NCBI GenBank assembly: GCA_030295235.1
Contig: AP026157.1
Coordinates: 310,001 to 374,000 of the forward strand
DNA from: Fistulifera solaris
Lineage: Eukaryota
Reading direction: 5' to 3'
Length of the DNA stretch: 64,000 nt
Under the pieces are notes generated by a model. That model saw nothing but the letters and a program-made list of their open reading frames with translations, was not told the DNA's origin and made no database searches. How positions within the stretch are numbered: the first letter of the stretch is position 1; each line of letters begins with the position of its first letter. This document shows positions 13,048 through 24,103 of the stretch, piece by piece. The position numbers and the translations under genes were made by a program.

Positions 13048-13140
13048 GTTGCGGTAACAACAAAAAGAACCGAAGGGTGCAACAAACAGTCGACAGAGAG
13101 CGATCTGATAGACAGACAAGCTCTAACGAGAGAATCGTTA

Positions 13141-13154
13141 TGCGACTGTTAATC
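13141..13154 (-). other. Primer-binding site complementary to the tRNA-Asn(GUU) anticodon arm
   Basis: Plus strand TGCGACTGTTAATC abuts the 5' LTR and reads as stem-CU-GUU-AA-stem (tRNA positions 27-40). No TGG-starting PBS is present. Confidence 0.75.
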
Positions 13155-13570
13155 TAACAATAGCTAGAAACGATTTGCACCTTTTCTGCTATTGGTATCG
13201 CTCTCTGACGAGGGACGAGACACAGATGACAATCAAACGAACGATAAAGTAGGAGCGACCCTACGCTTACGCGGCACCGGTAAACCTCCAGAAGGGAGCA
13301 GTGCTTCAATTGGTCTACCTTGAGTTCCTCCACTACACGAGGGGGGAGAAACACAAGAGATGGTTATTGACGAGACGAATAACAACAACAACAAGACAGA
13401 TCAAATTATGATTAGAAACGTTCGTTAATCTACTGCGTAAAACTGCGATTGCTCCCGAATCAAATCTGCAAAACGTGATAAATATGCAAATTGTGTCACA
13501 GCGTTGTCTTGAGGAAAAACCCAATGACCACGACCCAAATTCCAGTCGTGAGTGATCCAAACTATTGTTA
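13155..13570 (-). repeat. 5' LTR (416 bp)
   Basis: Direct repeat of 6464-6882 with the same 9-bp terminal inverted repeat. Confidence 0.95.
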
Positions 13571-15240
13571 TTTTTTATCCTAACTTGCCGATGTGCGACT
13601 TTTCGGTCGATTCTCCTGCTGCTGTCTATCAGCTGGATACTGGCGCTGGTTTTTTCTCCGCTCAAGTTTCCGGCTTTGGATTCAATGTTCATTTATCTGT
13701 TGTGAAAGCAAACGGCTTGGGAGGATTTGAATGTTACGGAACACCCAGTGATCGACAAATTTCGTGGGAGGGAGAAGAAAGACTATATCTTGTCGTTTAT
13801 GGTTGTTGTGACATGAATGCAGTTGGAGACTTTTCCCTGCGCTTAACTAAACATCCAAGCTCAAACAAGCCATGCAATGGCGTACGATCTTGGCCACGTT
13901 CCTGATGATGGGTTGAGGCACGCCGGGACATTTGCCGGTTGGCAGTTTCCTTACCCTCAAAATGTCACCCCTTGCGATTATGGAGGTCACGTCGCTTCCT
14001 CGGCTGGCCGGTCGAAGGTATTTCGAGTGATTGGGAACGGAAAAACATTGGCGGCTTTCATGTTTGTACCTCAATCGACTTTGAGTCAGGGAATTCAGGT
14101 CTCCTTAACCGTTGTGAAAGGAATTTGTCGTACTATGGAGTGCATCAAAGGTGCTTACTCGACAGTTGACCCCTTTTGGTCGGTCACCTGGCCGTCTGTA
14201 GCAGGGGAGACTTATGATATTTTGATATCCACGTGCTGCGCGGAAGTCGAAGACGAATTCATACTCATGGTGTACGAGGGATGGTAGGGAGTTGTTTGGC
14301 AGTAATGAGACAGCAGTCACGGGACTCGGAAATAAGGGTGGCGTCGATGCGGATTCTTCAAGCAGCAATTGAGAAAGGGCATGTCATTCTTGTTGAATGC
14401 CGTGGTATTGGTAGCATTGTTTTGCTGTTACTAATGGAAAGTCGTTCATCAAGGTAAAGTATTGTCGCTTAGATAGGCAAAGAGCAATAATTCATGAGAT
14501 TTTGTAGTTGCTGAATCTGTGCATAGGATACTAGCTTCTTTTCCTTCGAATTGTCAGGTCAAGATAGCACATATAGATCTACGTTTTTCAATTTCCAAAT
14601 GGTGTGACGCACTCAACTACAAATCACGAAACCTAACACCAAACTAGTCCAGGACATAGAGTTGTTGACCAACCTTCAGAATCCACCCAGTAATCCAACC
14701 CCAAAAAACCTAACAAACGTCAATTTGACCACAATCGGCACCAAGTACAACCTAATAGTCAATTCGGCCGTCGGACCTGGCCACATCACCCAGTCCGAAC
14801 AAGATGACAGCCCCCTTGCTCACCACACCAGTGACATGGTAATCTATGTATAGGAAGTCAGCCTATCACAGATTGCACTACGGTTCAGTCATAGGGATAG
14901 GACGTAAGAACGATATATTCTCAGTTTTTTTATATTTATTTGTAGCCATAGCTATCTCTCTAAAGAGTTAAGTCGGCCTGTACCGGTACGCCATGAGGAA
15001 TGTTACTAATTATATACCAGTATCAGGTAAAATAGCATCATCGTTGCAATTCTTTCACCCACTGCGCAGCAGAGGGGCGACGGGCGACGGCGACGATGAG
15101 GCATTCTAAAAAAATATTATTATTTCTCCTTTGTTATTTCCTTGAATGAAAGTGGAGATGTATTATGTACTATTGTATTTACAAAGCATGAGTGACGAAA
15201 TATCTGGTTCTATACCAGAATCATACGATGGAGCTTCACG

Positions 15241-15326
15241 GTTTTGCGCCAAATAAGTACCAGTGACGCCCGGCGGCTGTAAATCTTACATGAAAATCTC
15301 GCATTCGGAAGCAAACAGAAAAATGA
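15241..15326 (+). promoter_or_regulatory. Conserved upstream block of family A genes (before paralog 3)
   Basis: gttttgcgccaaataagtaccagtgacgcccg...aaaatctcgcattcggaagcaaacagaaaaatgaa, matching the other two copies. Confidence 0.65.
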
Positions 15327-15536
15327 AAAGCCATTCATCCCAAGTCAATCAAGTCGTTGTTCATTCGTGATTGCGCCATTATTTTAATAAAAAGTTGCAT
15401 ATGCATACTTCCACAATCCTTGGAGCTTGGAGCGGCTCATTTTTTACGAACGATACGCCCAAACGGATCTATCACATTATTCATGAGTTGAGCTGGAGCC
15501 TCAAGCCTTTTTTCGCAGTAATTTTTGCATTCAACA

Positions 15537-18500
15537 ATGCGTCGTTTGCAGGCGACTTTCGTTGTACTTTGTGATGCGCTTCCCACGATGGCAGCCGACG
15601 GTCTTATTCCACCACCGCCTCCCAGTGCACCGGATTCGTTTGCTCCTCCCCTTTCGGAATTTGGTTCCTTGTGCGAAGACACCATTGTGCTTACGGTTCC
15701 TGCGGAAGACAGCACCGCGGTTGTGACTGGAGCTCATGCGAAGCTTTTTTCTTTTCTGGATTGCGCATTTCTCGACACAGGCTCCGCCCCAGCGACGGTG
15801 TACCAGATAGAAGGAACGGGTGCCATGCTAGATGTATTCTTGTTTGGAGATCAATACGGATCAAGTCAAGTTGCTGTTTTTGAAGGATGTCCCAGTCAAC
15901 CCGGCCGTAATGGCGCCGTGAACGTCAGTGGTGGGAAATACCCGAATTGTGTTGCCGGCCAGTATATCCAGGGCGCTCGCTGGCAAACACAAGCGGGTCA
16001 ACTGTACACGATCGTTGTGTATTCGTATGCGTCTCTTTCTTCAACTTCTTTCATTCTTCAAATTGAATCCGTTAAAGCTAGTCCAATTTGTGGCACGGAA
16101 AGCATTTCTCTTATAAATGTCGGGACACTGAACACTATTTCGGTGCAACTGCTGGGCGGATCGGAAGATAGCGTGACAATCACGGATCTTCCTCCGTGTG
16201 ATTATCAGACACGATCGTCTTTTGTTCTCTATGAATTTACTGTTTTGCAGTCGAATGTGATAATCTCGGCATCAGTCGAAGGCGTTGATTCCGTTGTCAC
16301 GGTCTATCAGGGCAACTGCGAAAGTAGCTACACGTGTTTACCGCATGCTGGAAGTGGTGACGCCTCCGTCAGCGATAAAAGCTCTGTAGTCAATAGGAAC
16401 AGCGAAGAAGTAACGGACGGGGAGGGTGCATCCGGGATGGAGTCGCAAGTCCGACTGGAAAGTATCGCGATGCCTCGGGCCAACTACAACGTTCACTCGT
16501 TTCACAATGAGATGGCAGGGGCTACCTACCTTGTTGCAGTCAGTTCGTGTTGTGGCAATAATGTTGAGGACTTTCGATTGACGTTGAATGTTACCGAATA
16601 CGGTAACGTATGCGAGACTCTGTTGAGATCAATTTGTCGTCAAACGAAACTTCGGCAATCGTCAATCTCTCTAAGGGGAAAGTGTACCAAGACCTCTCTT
16701 CTTGTCACGCAAACGGTTATCTCGATTCCAGTGGGCAACAGGCTTCTATGATGATCAGTAGTCCAGTGGCGTTCTACAAATTGATCGGTGACGGAAATAA
16801 TTATATCGCATACATTGCGCCTTCGGACCCAAATAAGTCCTTCGGTCAAGTACGGACATCACTTTATACTACCACTACGTGCAACAAGCCGCCAGAGTGC
16901 TTGCGAGGCGACAATCAAAACAACCAACTTTTAATCTCGACGGTGATTGGTGAGACGTACTATTTGGCATCTTACAGCGACCATACCGAAGATCAGGGTT
17001 CCTATGTTCTCAAGATGAGATCTTTATCCAGCAAAACTCCTTGTGAAGATGCAACCTATCTCGGATCCGTCGGCAATACGGGACTAACGGTCAACGGAAC
17101 CTTGTCAGAGGTTGCGTTCTACAGCAACTTCAGTATTTGCAACGTGTATGCCGAAACCACTCGTTTTCGCGTTTTCTTGTTCATTGCAGAAAAGGACGGA
17201 CCGATGGTTGCCACTGCCACAAAAGTCGATCCAAATATCAACTTCTACCCTCTTTTGACAGTTGTAACAAGTTGTGAGAGTGGCGAATGCATCGCTGGCT
17301 CGTCGAACTTTGATATCGACTTGCTGACTCCCGCTCTTTTCTGGAACGCCGAGGCGGGTGTAAAGTATTACGTTGTGGTCAGTAGTCTTGAGTTAACGTT
17401 CGACTCTGGAGAGTTTATTTTGACTGTGGAGCCCTTGACAGCGACGACGATTTGTGGCGAAAATGTAGTTGACATGGGAATCATTCCCAGGGAAGGCGCT
17501 ATGTTCAACGGGAGTACGATATCAGGTCCATTATTTGCTATCCCGGCATCGTGCCAAGACGATAAGACTATCGCTATGGTCAGCCGTTCAACAACCTTCA
17601 CTTTACGAGGCGACGGCAATGTTTACCTTTTAAGCGTGAGTGACGCTTTTGGATTTAGTCCTCAAGCTACTGTTTTTGACGGAAGCTGCGAGAATCTGAG
17701 ATGCATCCCTACTGATGCATATGTAAGCAGTTTCTTGGTGGATACCGCGTTAGATGAGACTTACACAATTGTGATCGGAGATTGCTGCGATCCTGTAGGA
17801 CTAGGAGGGACATTCAGACTTCACGCGAAAAAAAGTCAATAAGGGCAGTTTGACTTCCGACGCAATGGCTATGAATTTACCGTGGGGCACTGAAACCAAA
17901 CGAGTTACGGGATCGACTTCTTCTGGCTCATTTTATCCGGGTTTGCCTTTGTGTCACATCTCGGTCGATTCTCCCGCTACCGTCTATAAGCTGGACTTTG
18001 GCGACGGTTACTTTTCCGCTCAAGTTTCAGGTTTTAGTTTTGATGCCCAGCTTTCGCTCCTTAAAGCAAATGACTTAAGTGGTTTCGAGTGCTACGGAAC
18101 ACACGGACATCGACATGTCTTTTGGGAGGTAGGAGAGGCACAAAGTCTGTATCTTGTTGTTCACGGTTGCTGTGACATGAATGCCGTCGGTGACTTCTCC
18201 CTGCAGTTGCGCAAATTAAGCATATCAGGTGAACCATGCAATGACGTGCATGATCTTGGCAACGTCCCCAAAGACGGTTTGGTTTATGTCGGAACATCGA
18301 ATGACTGGTTTTTTGTTGCTAATGATGGTTCTGAAAGTGAGCCGCTTTGTGAATACGAAAACCAGCGCGCTTTCTCGCCTGAAAGGTCAAAGCTTTTTAC
18401 CGTCGATGGTAGTGGAAAGACGCTGGCGGCTTCTGCGTTCGTTTCTCATACGACTGCGATCAGGATCTCTCTAACCGTTGTGAAGAGCTTTTGTGGTTCG

Positions 18501-18812
18501 GTGGAATGCATCGAAGGTGCTTACTTGACGGTCGACCCCTTTGAGTCGATCACCTGGCCGTCTGTACCAGGAGAAACGTATGATATTTTCGTAACCATGT
18601 CGGTGTCGGAGACCGAAGACGAATTCATACTCATGGTATACGAGGACGGCACAGAATTGTTTGGTAGTAATAGGACAGCAGTCACGGGGCTCGGAAATAA
18701 CACAATGAACGACACCAGCCACGGCGCCGATTCTTCGAGCAGCAAATTGAGAAAGGCCATATCATTCTTGTTGAACGCCGGGGTATTGGTAGTAATGTTT
18801 TGCTGTTACTAA
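15537..18812 (+). CDS. Family A paralog 3: about 1090-aa secreted protein with 7 Cys-containing beta-sandwich-like repeats and a GPI-like tail
   Basis: ORFs 15525-16751, 16610-17842 and 17850-18812 are collinear with paralog 4, with frameshifts near 16615 and in the A-run near 17830. Start MRRLQATFVVLCDALPTMAADG. End GADSSSSKLRKAISFLLNAGVLVVMFCCY. Confidence 0.85.
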
Positions 18813-19163
18813 TGGGAATCCGTTCGTCAAGATAGGTTATTCTTGTAGTCGGTATAATTCTGTGCACTTAGGCTACTAGATTTTCCTTTTCCTCGCCGAC
18901 TTCAGGTGCACGTAGCCAACAATAACAGAGAAAGTCAGTTAGTACCGGTACGCCATGCGAACGGTTGCTACTTAAGGAAAATTAAGCTCACACCTCGTTT
19001 TTCGTTCTATCATGTCTCACGTAATACACTACTGGTACGTATGCTTCCTAATAAACTATTATTTCACCTCTTTCCTTTTTTATAAAATAAAAGCGGAGGC
19101 GATTATTGTTGTTTTCACAAAGCAAGAGTGCTGAATGCGCTGATCATACGATGGTGCTGGACG

Positions 19164-19253
19164 TTTTCGCGCCAAAAGTACCACAGTGACGCCCGCCGGC
19201 TCGTATAACCCTTATCTGAAAATCTCGCATTCGGAAGCAAATAATAAATGAAT
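19164..19253 (+). promoter_or_regulatory. Conserved upstream block of family A genes (before paralog 4), including TTTTCGCGCCAAAA
   Basis: Same block as at 4006 and 15241. Confidence 0.65.
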
Positions 19254-19413
19254 CCATTTATTTTAAAGTGAATCAAGTCGTTGATATTCATTCGTGATTG
19301 CGCTTTTACGGCAAGCAGGGCGCCTCAACTTCCACAACCTTCACACGTTCTTCGAGGGCTCATTCTTTTGAGAAAGATACGCCGAAAACGGCAATCACGA
19401 CAGTTTAGGGGAG

Positions 19414-22400
19414 ATGCGCCGCTTCCGGGCGATATTCTCTGTGATCTGCGGGATCCTTTCCGAGACGGCAGCTGACGGTAAAGATCTAACACCAAAGCCT
19501 CTCGATCTTTCGGATGGGCTTTCTCCTCCCCCTGACGGAAAGTGGATCGTTGTGCGAAGAAGCCTTACAACTCTCGGTTCCTGCGGATGGGAGCCCCCAG
19601 GTGATTAGGGGGGCGCATGCCAAGCTGTTTTCTTTTTTCGGATTGCGCTTTTAATGACATAAAAGCCGTCTCAGCCACGGTGTATCAAATCGAAGGAAGT
19701 GGTACGATGTTGGATGTATTTTTGTTTCGAGATGAACTCGGATCGAATAAAGTTGCTGTTATGGAAGGATGCCCCAGTAAAGCTGGCAACAATTTCACCG
19801 GCGCCCCAAAAGATAGCAGCGGAGGCATGTCCTCGAATTGTGTTGTAGAGCAGTACGCTCAAGGCGCTCGCTGGCAAACAAAAGCAGGTCAACTCTACAC
19901 TATCATTATTTACTCCCCCGCTTCGATTTCTTCGACAGCTTACATTCTTCGCATCGAATCCATTCAAGCCAGTCCGGTTTGTGGCACAATTGCAAACTCT
20001 TTCATTCAATTGGATGCGCTAAACACAGGAAACTCATTGCAGTTACTGGGCGGATTGGAAGACAGCGTGAGTGGAGTCACGGACCTTCCTCCATGCGACT
20101 ATCAGACACGATCGTCGTCCGTTCTCTACCAGATTACTGTCGGTCTGCAGCCAAATGCTGTAATATCCGTCTTCGTCGAAGGTGATGACTCCGTTGTCAC
20201 GGTATATGAAGGCAACTGCGACAGTGGCTACTCGTGTTTGCCTTTGTCAGATGTCATAACTGATGACACCGCGATCGATTATAAAGGTTCTAAAATGATT
20301 TCGGAAAACAAAGATGGAAAAAGGGAGGGTACTGGCGCCCTCGCATTAGAGCCTCAGGTCAGGCGAGGAGGTATTGCGATCCCTCGGGTCACCTACAGCG
20401 GTCAGTCTTTCCACCATGAAAAGGCAGGGACAACATATCTTATTGAAGTAAGCTCCTGCTGTGGGGCTAGTATTGGCGACTTTCGTTTGACCTTGAATGC
20501 CACCAGTTATGGGAATGTTTGCGAGGACTCTGTAGAAATCGATTTGTTGTCAGGCAAATCATCAGTAACCGTCAACCTGTCCGAGGCAAAAGTATACAGG
20601 AATTTAGATTCATGCCATGCAAGCGGCGATTACGATGTCGATGGGCATCGGACTTCAAACGTTGGTTCGACAGCGTTCATTAGTAGTCCAGCGGTGATCT
20701 TCAAAATTACCGGCGACGGAAACAGTTATATAGCCTATATTGCTCCTTTGCACCCAAATTCGTCCATCGAGCAAATCAGGACGACTCTCCTAATGTCAAG
20801 TTATTGTGACAGAACGCTCCAATGTTTGCAGGGCGATAATTTCAGTAATTTGCTTTTGATCGAAACGCGGGTCAATGAGACGTACTACTTGGCAGTCTAC
20901 AGCGAGCAAACTGAAGATAAGGAATCTTACGATATGATTATTAGTCCCCTATCCAGGAATACGCCATGTCAAGATGCCATCAATCTAGAATCCGTCGGTG
21001 ATGGGATAACGGTTAATGGAACTTTGGCAGGAGCTGCTCTGTACAACAAATTGAGCATGTGTAACGTTTATGGCCAATTTTCTCGATTTCGCGTCTACTC
21101 ATTCGTTGCAGACAAAGACGGTCCAATGGTGGCCACCGCCAAGGTCGACCCAAATCTGAATTTCTACCCTTTTCTGACGGTTGTTACAAGCTGCGTGAAC
21201 GGCGAGTGTATCGCTGGACTTTCACATGTGGAGATCGAGGTGTCTCAACCGGCTGTTGTTTGGTATGCTGAGTCCGGTTCCACGTATTACGTTGCCGTCA
21301 GGAGGCTTGATTACGTAACTTACAACGGAAATTTCCAGTTGACAGTGGAGCCCTTGACAACGACGGCAATTTGCGATTACGAAAATGTGGTTGACATGGG
21401 TACTATTCCGGATGAAGGCGCTACATTTGACGGAAGCACAATATCTGGTCCCCTGTTTTCTGTCCCAGATTCGTGCCAAAAGGAACTAGCTGACACTTTT
21501 CCAACCAGTCGTGCCGCAACCTTCACCTTAAAAGGCGACGGCAATGCTTACATGCTAAGCGTCAGCGACGCTTCCGGCATTAGCCCTCAGGTCATTGTCT
21601 TTCAGGGAAGTTGTGATAATCTTAGTTGCATCCCAACAGACTTAAATGCAGACAGTTTTTGGTGGGAACAAAATTGGGCGAGACGTACACGATTGTTATC
21701 GGAGATTGCTGCACATCCGTACACATAGGAGGGACATTCAAACTTCATGCAAAGAAGATTATTTCGGGCAATTTTACTGCCGACGCGAAGGCATTGAGTG
21801 TGCCCGTAGGTACTGAGACCCAAAGAGTGTTAGACTCAACTTCATTGGGCCGCCTTTATCCCGGCTTGCCGTTATGTCACTTTTCGGTCGATTCTCCCGC
21901 AACTGTCTATAAGATAGAATCCAGCGTAGGTTTGTTCTCTGCTCAAGTTACCGGATTTGGTTTTGATGCTCAGCTTTCTCTTTTCAAAGAAGATGCCACG
22001 GGGGTTTTAGATTGCTACGGAACACATGACAATCGAGAAATCTCGTGGGAAGTAAAGAAGGCGCAAGATCTTTACCTTGTGGTTTACGGTTGTTGTGGCA
22101 TGAGTGTAGCTGGCGACTTTTCGCTGCAGTTGAGCAGGATGAAAATAAGAGGTGAACCGTGCAATGATGTGCATGATCTTGGCACCGTATCCGAGGATGG
22201 TTTGAATTATGTCGGGACATTAAGTGAATTGTCAATCGTGGCTACTGATGCTTTTGAAAGTGAATTGATTTGTGAATACGCAAGACAACATACTTTTCCT
22301 CTGGTGAGGTCCAAGATTTTCAAGGTCAATGGAAACGGGAAAATACTGGCGGCTTCCGCGCTCGTTTCTCAAACGACTTCAATGCAGATCTCCCACACCG

Positions 22401-22696
22401 TTGTCAAGAGCTTCTGCGGCTCGGCCGAATGCATTGAGGGAGCTTACTTCAGCGCAAGCCCCTTTGGATTGATCATCTGGCCGTCTGTAGCAGGAGAGAC
22501 ATACGATATTGTCGTATCCACGTCGCTGTCGGAAACCGATGACGAATTTATACTCATGGTGTACGAAGAAGGCTCGGAATTGTTTCAGAGCAACTCCACC
22601 AAAGAAATCGACCACGACGACTTAAACTCTTCTAGTAACAAGCGGATGAAGGGCATGTGGATGGCTTTAGTGGGGGCCATGTGTTGGTTTTTGTGA
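19414..22696 (+). CDS. Family A paralog 4: full-length 7-repeat secreted, probably GPI-anchored protein
   Basis: Start MRRFRAIFSVICGILSETAADG. ORFs 19617-21728 and 21626-22696 join at the T-run near 21657. Tail NSSSNKRMKGMWMALVGAMCWFL. Confidence 0.85.
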
Positions 22697-22924
22697 TGAA
22701 AATCAGTCGCCACGATGCTACTAATGAAAAAGTCGGTCGTCACCATAAGAAAAAATTGTCAAAATTGCTTGCACTCTAGCGAAATTGCATCTTCTGTTAC
22801 CATTACAAGCAGCATTATCCTCAAAACTAATGCAGAGTGTTCTACTGTGTCTGCTATGTTTGTTATTGTTTTCAATCACAAAACGCGGTCGTAGTACTTA
22901 GCAGTTACTATACGTTACTACTTT

Positions 22925-22980
22925 GTATAGGACAAAGTGTATACACCATTCTTCATCAACAGGACTGGACTTTAGTCACG
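22925..22980 (+). promoter_or_regulatory. Copy of the dispersed bipartite motif, about 125 bp upstream of EMC3
   Basis: GTATAG gacaa AGTGT, 22-nt spacer, GACTGGACTTTAGTCACG. This is the reverse complement of the copies at 28535, 28766, 46288, 51233 and in the tandem array. Confidence 0.5.
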
Positions 22981-23103
22981 GGTCTGAAATAATTGGCTGC
23001 GCGACGCATTTCTGTTTTGTTGATGAAAAGCTAATTATACACATTCATTTGCTTCTTTGATTCCGAATCTTCTTCATTTAACAATTAGCACACAAACTAA
23101 AAA

Positions 23104-24023
23104 ATGACAACAACACTTTTATTAGACCCCGACATTCGCGATTGGGTCGTGTTGCCGCTATTTGTCATCATGGTAGCGGCGGGCTTGTTGCGGCACAGTG
23201 TTAGTGTCTTGTTGCAAGGTTCGCCCGTCAAGGCACAGGCCATTTCCGCACGGAGTTCTTCTTTGCTAAGACAAACGATGAAATTACAGACGGGAGCGGC
23301 GCATTATATGACAACGTGGCGTTGGCAGTGTCGCAAAGAACACGCGATCCAAACCTTGCGACAGGAAGCGGACTGGGCCGAAGCAGAACAAACGAAGAAA
23401 TCGGAAAGCGGTGACGCGACGGATAACGCCGATGATCCCATGAGTGCCATGATGAACAATCCTATGAGTATGATGAAAGGGAATATGGTCTTTATGGTTC
23501 AAAATATGGTCATGATGCAAGGAATTCAACACTTTTTCAGTGGCTTTATTCTTCTCAAAGTGCCCTTTCCGCTCACGGCCGGATTCAAGAGTATGTTTCA
23601 ACGCGGTCTCGGAGCGGAATTGCCCGATCTGGAACCCAGTTACGTCAGTTCCGTCAGTTGGTACTTTTTGGTCATGTACGGATTGCGTTCCTTTTGCAAC
23701 TCGTCATTGGCGATCCACCCCTCGAAGTGCGTGAACAGTCCTCCAAGACGATGCAGTACGGATACTTGCCTCCGGGACGGACGGGACAAGATGGAGCCGC
23801 CGTCGCGCAACAATTACGACAAGAAGCAGAAAATCTGGAAGTCTTTGTGCAGCCCCGCAAATCGGAATTTGATTCGGTCGAAAAACGTGTCTTGGGTGTT
23901 CAGCGATATCCCAAAAAATCGAAGTTGACCGGTCCTGACAGTCACGATAGCTTATTTACGAATGCAAATACTGGTAATACAAAAGGCAAAGGAGGCAAAA
24001 GAAGAGTAATTGAGCCGTTATAA
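23104..24023 (+). CDS. EMC3: ER membrane protein complex subunit 3 (DUF106 family)
   Basis: LLLDPDIRDWVVLP, MMKGNM, FFSGF..LKVPFPLT..FKSM.QRG, YVSSVSWYFL..YGLR. Frameshift at the T-run near 23693 continues into ORF 23658-24023 (...EAENLE). Confidence 0.92.
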
Positions 24024-24103
24024 GAGATAACGATTTTTAAAAACTTGTATTATCATTCGTATTTACTAATTGAAATATCGCGTTTACTCATCTCCCCTTA
24101 AAA

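Larger units (their letters stand above)
6464..13570 (-). mobile_element. Full-length Ty1/Copia (CoDi-type) LTR retrotransposon, about 7.1 kb
   Basis: Two near-identical LTRs, 5-bp TSD TTTTT (6459-6463 and 13571-13575), PPT and PBS abutting the LTRs, domain order Gag-PR-IN-RT-RH. Confidence 0.96.
4350..14434 (+). pseudogene. Family A paralog 2, interrupted by the Copia insertion (host parts 4350-6463 and 13576-14434)
   Basis: Signal-peptide start MRSILVIFLNLYGVLFNKTAADG. Removing the element and one TSD restores NGSTSTGIF-YPNLPMCDFSVDSPAAVYQL, matching paralog 3 GSTSSGSFYPGLPLCHISVDSPATVYKL. The 3' end matches paralog 3 (FCCY stop). Several further frameshifts. Confidence 0.85.

Noticed and set aside
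13141..13154. A tRNA-Asn gene
   Set aside because: Only the anticodon arm matches; there are no D-arm, T-arm or acceptor-stem sequences, so it is read as a PBS.
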